Source of the DNA: Planctomycetota bacterium
Lineage (GTDB): Bacteria > Planctomycetota > UBA8108 > SXIK01
Direction: 5' to 3'
Length of the DNA stretch: 64,000 nt
NCBI GenBank assembly: GCA_965223845.1
Contig: CBDCXR010000004.1
Span: 32,001-96,000 of the forward strand
Shown: one piece after another, positions 51,786 to 59,001 of the stretch
Position numbering within the stretch: the first letter of the stretch is position 1
How the letters are laid out: every line of letters starts with the position of its first letter
The notes under the pieces: generated by a model
Databases searched by the model: none
What the model saw: only the letters and a program-made list of their open reading frames with translations
What the model was told of the DNA's origin: nothing
Position numbers and translations under genes: made by a program

Positions 51786-52718
51786 ATGACTAACGAGGAA
51801 GAGCACAACCTACCTCCGATTCTCCCCGTGGGTACGGCCGTCGTCAGCACGGTCGAAATTGCGGAGCGCGCGGGGAAGCCGGTATACCCTCGCGGCTCGG
51901 TCGGAATGATCACTCGGGCGCCGAGCGACCCGGATCATCGCTACCGCGTGCGATTCCCCGGCGGACAGGAAGCTTCCCTTAGACGAGCGGATCTAGTCGT
52001 CCTCAAGCACTTCCAGCGCGAGGGGATGAATCTCGATCCCATGGCGGAACACGACCTCTACCGCCATGTGATCTATCAGTGCGTCATCGGATCTCGCGCG
52101 TACGGTCTGGACCACGACGGTTCGGATATCGATCGTCGTGGTATCTACCTCCCGCCCGCTCACCTCGAGTGGTCTCTCTACGGTGTACCCGAGCAACTAG
52201 AAAACAACGAGACGGAGGAATGCTACTGGGAGATGGAGAAGTTCTTGAAGCTCGCGCTCAGGGCGAACCCGAACGTTCTCGAAGTCCTGTATTCGCCCAT
52301 CGTCGAGAAGGCAACGCCGCTCGCTCGAGAGCTCCTGGATCAGAAGAACATCTTTCTTTCCCGTCTCGTCTATCAAACGTACAACGGCTACGTCCTATCG
52401 CAGTTCAAGAAGCTCGGTCAGGACCTTAGGAATCGGGGCACGATCAAGTGGAAGCATGCGATGCATCTGATTCGACTCCTGCTGTCGGGAATCACCATTC
52501 TTCGCGAAGGATTCGTGCCCGTTCAGGTCGCCCAGTACCGTGAGAGATTGCTTGCGATTCGCGACGGGGAGACGCCGTGGAGCGAAGTCGATGCTTGGCG
52601 CTTGAAGCTGCACCAAGAATTCGACGCCACATACGAAACGACCGATCTTCCAACTCATCCGGACTACGAGAGTGCGAACGCGTTTCTCGTAAAGGCGCGG
52701 AGGTCGATGGTGACGTGA
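51786..52718 (+). CDS. RlaP/YcgL-like Pol-beta nucleotidyltransferase with extra N-terminal beta domain
   Basis: IGSRAYGL..SDIDRRG, KFLKLALRANPNVLEVL, KHAMHLIRLL. Confidence 0.9.
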   Translation: MTNEEEHNLPPILPVGTAVVSTVEIAERAGKPVYPRGSVGMITRAPSDPDHRYRVRFPGGQEASLRRADLVVLKHFQREGMNLDPMAEHDLYRHVIYQCVIGSRAYGLDHDGSDIDRRGIYLPPAHLEWSLYGVPEQLENNETEECYWEMEKFLKLALRANPNVLEVLYSPIVEKATPLARELLDQKNIFLSRLVYQTYNGYVLSQFKKLGQDLRNRGTIKWKHAMHLIRLLLSGITILREGFVPVQVAQYRERLLAIRDGETPWSEVDAWRLKLHQEFDATYETTDLPTHPDYESANAFLVKARRSMVT

Positions 52719-53485
52719 ACGAGCTCGACCCGCGCCTTCAAAAGATCACCGAGAGTCAGCCGTATCCGCTGGTGTTCGCCACGGTCAGCGGCGCTCACCT
52801 CTACGGTTTCGCATCGGCGGATTCCGACTGGGATCTACGCGGCGTTCACGTCCTCCCGATCGAAACCGTGGCGAGTCTGAACGAACGCCGGGAGACGATC
52901 GAGGACTCCCCCGAGGTGACGAGCGACGGATTCGAGCTGGACCTGGTGACGCACGACATCGAAAAGTTTATGCGTCTTATGCTCAAGAGGAACGGCTACG
53001 TTTTGGAGCAAGTGTTTTCGCCGCTGATTGTCGCCACTACTCCGGAACACGAAGAGCTCAAGACGCTCGGAAAGGACTGCATCACTCGGCACCACGCGCA
53101 CCACTACTTGGGTTTCGCGAGAACGCAGTGGGGGCTCTTTCTCAAGGACACGCCGAGGAGGGTCAAGCCGCTTCTCTACGTGTACCGGGTGCTCCTCACG
53201 GGAATCCACCTCATGCGCACGGGGCGCATCGAAGCGAACATCGCGGAGGCCAACGAAGAACTCCAGCTTCCGTACATCGCCGAACTCGTCGAACGCAAAG
53301 TGAACGGAAAAGAAAAGGAGGAGCTGGTCGACGAGGATCTCGCCTTCCACCAGCGCGAGTACGAACGATTGGTTCAGGTTCTAAATGAGGAGCGAGATCG
53401 GTCGGCGCTGCCGGAGAAATCTTCCTCCAGAGCGGGGCTCAACGATCTGCTCCTTCGCTTGAGGCTCGAAGGGTTTTCGCGATAG
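52715..53485 (+). CDS. Second RlaP/YcgL-like nucleotidyltransferase
   Basis: GTGA overlap; SGAHLYGFASADSDWDLRG, NGYVLEQ, KPLLYVYRVLLTGIHL. Confidence 0.9.
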   Translation: MNELDPRLQKITESQPYPLVFATVSGAHLYGFASADSDWDLRGVHVLPIETVASLNERRETIEDSPEVTSDGFELDLVTHDIEKFMRLMLKRNGYVLEQVFSPLIVATTPEHEELKTLGKDCITRHHAHHYLGFARTQWGLFLKDTPRRVKPLLYVYRVLLTGIHLMRTGRIEANIAEANEELQLPYIAELVERKVNGKEKEELVDEDLAFHQREYERLVQVLNEERDRSALPEKSSSRAGLNDLLLRLRLEGFSR

Positions 53486-53722
53486 CGCCCTCGCTTTCCG
53501 TGGCTTTGCGAGCGGAGTCGCTACCGAACAAATCGGATCGAGCCCCTCGACTCCTACGCGCTCCGGACACGGGAGTCGAGTGTCGGCACGTCGGCGAAGT
53601 CGTCGCAAACGATCAGAACGGCAGGAAAGGCTGTTCGATCGCCACGGCTACGATCAGGGTTGATTCGAAGCGAGGAAGCCGGTCTGGGAGATCTCGCCAG
53701 ACCTCCCAGACCGATTGGGCGA

Positions 53723-54658
53723 CTACGGCTGAACGCCACCGCCGTCGCCGTCTGGGCCACCCTCACCGCCCATGCCTTGCTGAGAATCAACGAGCGCCTC
53801 TGCGAGTAGATAGGCGAGTCGTTGGAGTGCGAGACAGTGCGGCAGAAGCCCCATGGCAGCCGCGACCAGGGCATTGGCGATTCGGGCGGCGTTCCTCGCG
53901 GCGGCTTGAGCCTGCGCCATTCTCTGGAGCGCGTTCCCGATCGCGTTCTGTGCCTGCGGGGAAAGGATCACACCGTTCTGACCGGGTAGGACGCCAAACG
54001 GCGGAGCGCCCGGTGGGGGCGGAGCGGGAGGGGCCGCCTGTATCTGCTGAAACACGGTATTCCCGAGCGCCATGGACGCTCCGTAGAGTGCTTGGGCTGC
54101 CATCGCGAGGATCGTGTACGCCAGGGTCAGAAGGCGGATGACCATGAGCAGGCAACGCTTTGCGGCCTCGAGCAGTCCTGCGATGAGGAGAAGAAGGAGG
54201 AGCTTCTCGAGGAGTAGGCGTTTTTGCTCTGCAGCGTACGAGGCGCTCTTGCCTTCCGTTGTGCTGCTCTCGACGAGCTCATCGACCTCGGCTCGAAGCT
54301 TATGCTCCATCCTCCAAGCATCTCGCAGCACTCGCGTGACGTCGTCGGCGACCGCCTGTCCTTTTTCGAGTTGGCTTCGCGCGTCCGCCATTTTGAGATC
54401 GAGATCCTCGTCACCGCTCGCCGTCACGGTGAACTGGCTTAGGGCGGATTTCACACGCTCCAGCTCCTCGATCTCGATTCCTCCGAGCGTTTCGGCTCGG
54501 CACTCCTCGGTGAGCTCGGCAATGGTGACTTGCTCAAGCGGCTCGTCTGCGCCGATAGAGAAGCCCGCAGTCTTTGCGTGCTGAGCGGCCAGCGCGTCGA
54601 CACGCTTTCGCAGTTCATCCGCGCGCTTCCGAAGTTCCTCGATCGTCAATCTCGCCAT
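53723..54658 (-). CDS. Hypothetical coiled-coil protein with long hydrophobic helices
   Basis: 311 aa from MARLTIEEL; heptad N-half, Leu/Ala-rich C-half, Pro-rich linker. Confidence 0.65.
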   Translation of the reverse strand: MARLTIEELRKRADELRKRVDALAAQHAKTAGFSIGADEPLEQVTIAELTEECRAETLGGIEIEELERVKSALSQFTVTASGDEDLDLKMADARSQLEKGQAVADDVTRVLRDAWRMEHKLRAEVDELVESSTTEGKSASYAAEQKRLLLEKLLLLLLIAGLLEAAKRCLLMVIRLLTLAYTILAMAAQALYGASMALGNTVFQQIQAAPPAPPPPGAPPFGVLPGQNGVILSPQAQNAIGNALQRMAQAQAAARNAARIANALVAAAMGLLPHCLALQRLAYLLAEALVDSQQGMGGEGGPDGDGGGVQP

Positions 54659-55199
54659 CGAAATAGCCCCCGAAAAGAGTTTGGTTCTCGTTGCGATCGG
54701 AGTTGCCGACGGCGGCCTCGATCGCGCCCACACATACGCAAGATTCGAACGGACAGCAGACCGAACGGTCCGAAGACCCGGTTTCGACCCACATCGATCG
54801 TTGCGGCGCCGTCGATACGTGGAATCCACGCCGATCGACGAGCGCGTTCTTCGACGAAACCGAATCTCTGCGCCAACCTGCACGAAGCACGAATGCAGGT
54901 GCTCAGCTTGAGGATCGAGTCCGTTTACGAGAGAGCGTGCGCGCGGGACGAGGACAAACTCCCCATGCACCGCGACCGCAACTCACTCTCGCGTGAGTGG
55001 ATCAACCCAGAACTGCTCCCGTATCCACACTGCTCTTGCCGATTGGCCCCACAAATCGGACGATTCTATGCAGCTCAGCTGACCTGAGCTTTTCACCTAA
55101 TCCGCATGGTAGGTCGGAGCGGACTACGATCAAGCGTTTTCTCGACCGAAGAGCCGGTTTCCGTTCGGCGCCCGCCGAGCTCGCTACGGCGGAGCTCGC

Positions 55200-55238
55200 A
55201 AAAAGAAAGAAGGACTCGCGGAACCCGCAAGTCCTTCT
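55200..55238 (-). terminator. Terminator hairpin after the displaced tRNA 3' fragment
   Basis: AGAAGGACT...AGTCCTTCT inverted repeat with a minus-strand U-rich tail. Confidence 0.75.
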
Positions 55239-55244
55239 CAGTTC

Positions 55245-55289
55245 TGGTCGGGGTGACAGGATTTGAACCTACGACCTCCTGCTCCCAAA
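55245..55289 (-). repeat. att site: 45-bp duplication of the tRNA-Pro 3' half
   Basis: Identical to 58636-58680; runs from the 7-nt anticodon loop (TTTGGGA) to CCA. Confidence 0.95.
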
Positions 55290-55408
55290 AAAGCGAAGTG
55301 GGTTTCCGCAACTGCAAGCGAGACCACACAACTCACGTTCCCTTAGGTGCTCATAATCCACCTTGTTCCATCTACGTTCCGGTCTGTCTCGGGTCTGTCT
55401 CGCTGACT

Positions 55409-55430
55409 GGTGGACCCATTGGTGGACCCA
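55409..55430 (+). repeat. Putative integrase arm-type sites, left end
   Basis: GGTGGACCCA at 55409 and 55421 (12-bp period); same motif at the right end. Confidence 0.7.
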
Positions 55431-55846
55431 ATCGAGCAGGCTATACTTGCTCGGGCTCAACGACGAAGCCCCTGCCGGCTCCCGGAACGTCAGCGGCAGC
55501 GAACCCCGCTACCGTGCCCCGTTCCGCCACCGCATCTCCGTCGAGGTCTGGGATGGCTGTCTTGATCGCCAACCGATACGTGGTCCGCAGTCCCTTCAAA
55601 CGATTGGTGTGCACGTGGCTCTGCGGGCTACCGCCGGACGACAGAGCGCTGAATCGCACGCCAAAGCAGCCGAAACCCGAGCTGGTACCAAGCCAATAGG
55701 CGTCCACCTTCCCGAGGATGCTCCAGCCGACATAGCCGGCTCTGCTTCTCTGGTCGAACGAGCCAACGGAGTTGGCAGCTTGGAGTGGAAGGGGACTCCT
55801 CGTTCCTGGAGGGCGACGGCAGAGACGGAGAGAGACTCCTCGTGGG

Positions 55847-56728
55847 CTACGTGGCGGGCAGGGAATCAGCCGAGGACTCGCACCCGTAGTGATTTCGATG
55901 GTACTTGAGGTGCCCTTTGCTCACGGAGTGTCCCTTGGCGGTTCTGAGTCTGCCGCCCAGACCGACTAAGGTCAGGTCATCCGCAATCGTGAAAGCACCC
56001 GTATCGAACAAGATGTGGTGGTTCGGGCACAGGCAGAGCACATTGTCTTCCGTGTCCGCCCCGTCGTGCGGCGAACCCAGCGAGCGGATGTGAGCGGCTT
56101 CAGCGTAGTACCCTGCGGGAGTTTCGAGGCGAACTCCGCAGACCTGGCAACGATACCCGTGGGCTTCCTTGACGTTCTTCGCAACTCGGACATCTCGAAC
56201 GATGCGAAGCGTACTGCTTTCCCGTCGAGCCGTTGGTCTTGCCTCTGATTCTGGCTGCCAGGGTGCGGCAGAATCGTCAACTCGGCGAAGACGATAACGC
56301 CAAACACGGAACCCCGACCGTCCCTGTTCGTGCCAGAAGTCCTCTACCGTGTAGAGCCCGTCGTATCGAAAGCCCTCGGCGGGTGCGTACTCGGAGTCGA
56401 GCCGGGAACCTCGGACAACTCGGACGGGTGCGCCTGTGGTCTTGTTTCTGGCAAGAGCGAGGTTCTGACGCTCAAGGGTCTGGTCGGCGACCTGCTTACG
56501 TGTCTGCGGGTCGTTCCCACCGTGTCCCGTGTAGATAATGATGTCGCCGCTGTCGATGTCGTCTTCATAACCGCCTGAGACGACAATGGAATCGGCACCC
56601 TCAAAGGCTGAGCCAGAGATGCCAGCCTGGACAGGAGCATGAATGCCAGCCTTGGCTAACGCTGCTCGGTCAGAGAACCTGCTTCCGACAGGTACCGAAT
56701 CTAAGTGTCCGAAGATCCTATCAGCCAC
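55847..56728 (-). CDS. SRA/YDG-HNH modification-dependent (type IV) restriction endonuclease, TagI-like architecture
   Basis: SRA: AGISG..ADSIVVSGGYEDD..IIYTGHGG..PVRVVRG..FRYDGLY; HNH: CQVCG..EAAHI..DNVLCLCPNHHILFD. Confidence 0.95.
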   Translation of the reverse strand: MADRIFGHLDSVPVGSRFSDRAALAKAGIHAPVQAGISGSAFEGADSIVVSGGYEDDIDSGDIIIYTGHGGNDPQTRKQVADQTLERQNLALARNKTTGAPVRVVRGSRLDSEYAPAEGFRYDGLYTVEDFWHEQGRSGFRVWRYRLRRVDDSAAPWQPESEARPTARRESSTLRIVRDVRVAKNVKEAHGYRCQVCGVRLETPAGYYAEAAHIRSLGSPHDGADTEDNVLCLCPNHHILFDTGAFTIADDLTLVGLGGRLRTAKGHSVSKGHLKYHRNHYGCESSADSLPAT

Positions 56729-57333
56729 CGAAGAACCCCGTCAGGACAGGCATGAAGTCCTTTACCTTTCCTGCCAAGTCGGTCACTTGCCCTAAGAGCG
56801 TGGACACCCTCTCTATCAGCGGCTTGACCACTGCGGGCTTTTGCTGTTCCTTCGGCGACGCTGCCTGGGTCGCTATTGCGGACAGAAGGTCGATTACGTC
56901 CTTCCTGGTTTGCTCGTCAATCTCTTTCCTGTCAACGACCGCCTGGGTCAGTTCTCGAATAGCACGGCTGGCTTCCTGGTCACCTTGGTTCTTGAGTACC
57001 GTGACGGCGGAATCGAGAGTCTGAACCGCGCCGGTGTTGATTGTCCCGACGGTGCTTCTATCGACCCGGATGTTGTGCAATGTCCCCTACGTGTTGATAG
57101 ATGGCTCGGGGTCGCTGTGGATAAACCGGAGCGGAACGTGGCACCCCCATTATGTCTTCCATCTCGGCACGAAGGGCATTGATGTTCCGTTCGAGCCCTT
57201 CAGTGTGACGTGCTTGAATCTCGGAGATCTTGGCGTAGCAGTGGAGGCAGAGGGGCACCTCATGCATCTGCCCGTCGTCTCCTGGAACGGACAGCGAGTA
57301 CATCGGCGGATTCTGGCACTGGTAGCAGCGCAC
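56721..57333 (-). pseudogene. Zn-finger + helical-domain protein split by a +1 frameshift near 57085
   Basis: 5' part (GTG 57333 or ATG 57345) RCYQC..PLCLHC; 3' part LHNIRVDRSTVGTINTG..FFGG. Removing one G from GTAGGGGACA fuses them. Could be two genes or a sequencing error. Confidence 0.65.
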
Positions 57334-57334
57334 G

Positions 57335-57472
57335 CTATTTCTCATCCGTTGGCTTCGGCGGTGGAGGCGTCGGCGGCGGATTCCGAATGGTCGGCGGACT
57401 CTTCGGCACCGGCTGACCGATGAGGGGTTCGGGGTGCGTGTCTGTTGTCGTCGGCTCGGGCTGATCGGACAT
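57335..57472 (-). CDS. Pro-rich micropeptide P4 (45 aa)
   Basis: MSDQPEPTTTDTHPEPLIGQPVPKSPPTIRNPPPTPPPPKPTDEK*; ATG overlaps the P3 stop (TGATG). Confidence 0.7.
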   Translation of the reverse strand: MSDQPEPTTTDTHPEPLIGQPVPKSPPTIRNPPPTPPPPKPTDEK

Positions 57473-57603
57473 CACTTCTTCTCGTCTTGAGGACTTGGCG
57501 TCGGTCTTTCTGTTTGCGGCGGCGATGGCGGTTGGCGAATCGCCGTTCTCGGGACGAGCTGACCAAGCGGCTTATTCCCGCCGGGAAGGCTACGGAGTTG
57601 CCT
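57472..57603 (-). other. Pro-rich peptide unit P3 (no start codon; in frame after the P2 stop)
   Basis: RQLRSLPGGNKPLGQLVPRTAIRQPPSPPQTERPTPSPQDEKK*; most similar to P4. Confidence 0.5.
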
Positions 57604-57714
57604 TCACTTACCCTTCGGCTGTGAATCCGGCTTCTGAATGACAGGCGACGGCTTGGGCGGCTTCTGCCCTTCTTCAAGCGGTTGTGGCTTGGGCTTCTTG
57701 GATTCGTCCGACAT
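57604..57714 (-). CDS. Pro-rich micropeptide P2 (36 aa)
   Basis: MSDESKKPKPQPLEEGQKPPKPSPVIQKPDSQPKGK*; GAGG RBS overlapping the P1 stop. Confidence 0.7.
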   Translation of the reverse strand: MSDESKKPKPQPLEEGQKPPKPSPVIQKPDSQPKGK

Positions 57715-57720
57715 CTTGCC

Positions 57721-57858
57721 TCACTTACTCTCTGACGGCTTGTCAGTCGAAGGCGGTTTCGGCGTCTCGCCTGACGAAGACGGCGTAGTCAACGGCGGCG
57801 GCTTCGGCGGCTTCTGCCCCCGCTCCTCGTACGGCGTCGGCTCCGGCTTCTCGGACAT
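57721..57858 (-). CDS. Pro-rich micropeptide P1 (45 aa)
   Basis: MSEKPEPTPYEERGQKPPKPPPLTTPSSSGETPKPPSTDKPSESK*; GAGGA RBS overlapping the upstream stop. Confidence 0.72.
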   Translation of the reverse strand: MSEKPEPTPYEERGQKPPKPPPLTTPSSSGETPKPPSTDKPSESK

Positions 57859-57866
57859 CGCATTCC

Positions 57867-58286
57867 TCACTTCAAGTTGATGACAACGAACGTCAGTACG
57901 AGGAGCACCCCAACGACCAGGAGGATTCCGCCGGCACCGTTGCACCACCCTGTAATCCCGCCCCATCTACCACCGGTCTGCGGCTTGCCAGCGTCAAACT
58001 CGTCAAGTGCTCGCTCGTTCGCCTTTCCCGCTGCGAAGAAAGACAGCAAGACAAGCCCCATACTGAGAGCGAGAGCGCCCCACCCCACACTCAGTATCCA
58101 GGACTGAGTAACGGGCGCCTTGCCCACAACATCCTTGACGAAGGCGAAGGAGATACCGAGAGCACCGCCCGAGAGAGTCAGTGAGGTCTTGTCGTACGAC
58201 CGCCACGATTCCTGAACGGTTGCTTGCAGGAGCTTCCGGTGCTCGTCAGTCAGCCGGTTTACTCGTTCCTCGTGCGACTCTGTCAC
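57867..58286 (-). CDS. 3-TM hypothetical membrane protein
   Basis: YDKTSLTLSGGALGISFAFV plus two more hydrophobic helices; AAGGGG RBS before the GTG. Confidence 0.85.
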   Translation of the reverse strand: MTESHEERVNRLTDEHRKLLQATVQESWRSYDKTSLTLSGGALGISFAFVKDVVGKAPVTQSWILSVGWGALALSMGLVLLSFFAAGKANERALDEFDAGKPQTGGRWGGITGWCNGAGGILLVVGVLLVLTFVVINLK

Positions 58287-58330
58287 TTCTGAGCCCCTTT
58301 TCTCTCCACGGACTCAACAATACACTGAAC

Positions 58331-58358
58331 ATCGTAGCCCAAGCTGAAGACAGGTCAA
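58331..58358 (-). promoter_or_regulatory. Putative sigma70 promoter of the island operon
   Basis: Minus strand TTGACC-16bp-TACGAT, 45 nt before GTG 58286. Confidence 0.6.
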
Positions 58359-58553
58359 ACGGAAGTCCGCAGAGCGGCAAGCCGCCTGCGCCGGGAATGA
58401 GAAAGAGAGCCTCGGTCGTGCCGTACGCTGGCTCTTGCCGGCGTCGGGGCTCAACCCGGCACCGTTGAACGGTCGGACGCTGTGGAGGGGCTTCAGGAGG
58501 GACTGATCAGCTCACCGCATCAGCCCCCGCACCCCCGCACTTGTCCATCTAAG

Positions 58554-58586
58554 TGTGGATTCAAGGTGGACCCAGCAGTGGACACA
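58554..58586 (+). repeat. Putative integrase arm-type sites, right end
   Basis: TGTGGATTCA (58554), GGTGGACCCA (58565), AGTGGACACA (58577). Confidence 0.7.
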
Positions 58587-58591
58587 GCAAC

Positions 58592-58627
58592 AAAAAGAAG
58601 GACTCACGGGATTGCCGTAAGTCCTTC
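58592..58627 (-). terminator. Terminator after tRNA-Pro
   Basis: GAAGGACT...AGTCCTTC inverted repeat and a U5 tail on the minus strand. Confidence 0.8.
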
Positions 58628-58635
58628 ATTCATAA

Positions 58636-58713
58636 TGGTCGGGGTGACAGGATTTGAACCTACGACCTCCTGCTCCCAAAGCAGGCGCTCTAGCCAAGCT
58701 GAGCTACACCCCG
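58636..58713 (-). tRNA. tRNA-Pro (TGG)
   Basis: CGGGGTGTAGCTCAGCTTGGCTAGAGCG-CCTGC-TTTGGGA-GCAGG-AGGTCGTAGGTTCAAATCCTGTCACCCCGACCA folds as a cloverleaf with encoded CCA. Confidence 0.97.
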
Positions 58714-58746
58714 TCATTCTCGATGCGTTCTGAGCGAAGCCCGATG

Positions 58747-58775
58747 ATTGTGCGGCCCGAAGGGGGCCGGGTCAA
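58747..58775 (-). promoter_or_regulatory. Putative tRNA promoter
   Basis: Minus strand TTGACC-17bp-CACAAT. Confidence 0.6.
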
Positions 58776-59001
58776 GTCGTCGGGCCGGGCGCCGACGTGG
58801 GTCGCCCGATGGAGTGTTTTCTGCTCCCTCGGCTCCTCCCGCATTCCTTCGATCCTCAACGGAACGCCGGCGACGAATCCGGCGGTTCGATCGAACGAGC
58901 ACTCGATGGCTTTCTTCGCGTTCTTCTCTTTCCTGCGTACGATGGGAAGGCCGTCCCACTTGCTCTTTCCTTAGATCTCGTTTCCGTTTTCGTGAGTTGT
59001 G

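Larger units (their letters stand above)
55245..58680. mobile_element. ~3.4-kb genomic island integrated in tRNA-Pro(TGG), no intact integrase
   Basis: 45-bp direct repeats, arm-type repeats inside both ends, visibly lower GC and fewer TCGA words than the flanks, restriction cargo. Confidence 0.9.

Noticed and set aside
55245-55289. Second tRNA-Pro gene
   Set aside because: Only the 3' half is present; similarity stops at the anticodon loop, so it is an att duplication.
55441-55707. Integrase C-terminal remnant (HVSVGDQ / AIPDL...RGT in adjacent frames) next to the arm sites
   Set aside because: Position is suggestive but no catalytic R/HxxR/Y motifs are visible; needs blastx.
57604-57606. 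Selenocysteine at the P2 TGA
   Set aside because: Downstream hairpin has only a 3-nt loop and there is no redox or Cys context.
57342-57677. 111-aa Arg-rich ORF in the ORF track
   Set aside because: Out-of-frame shadow over P2-P4; the short frames show shared motifs and coupled starts.
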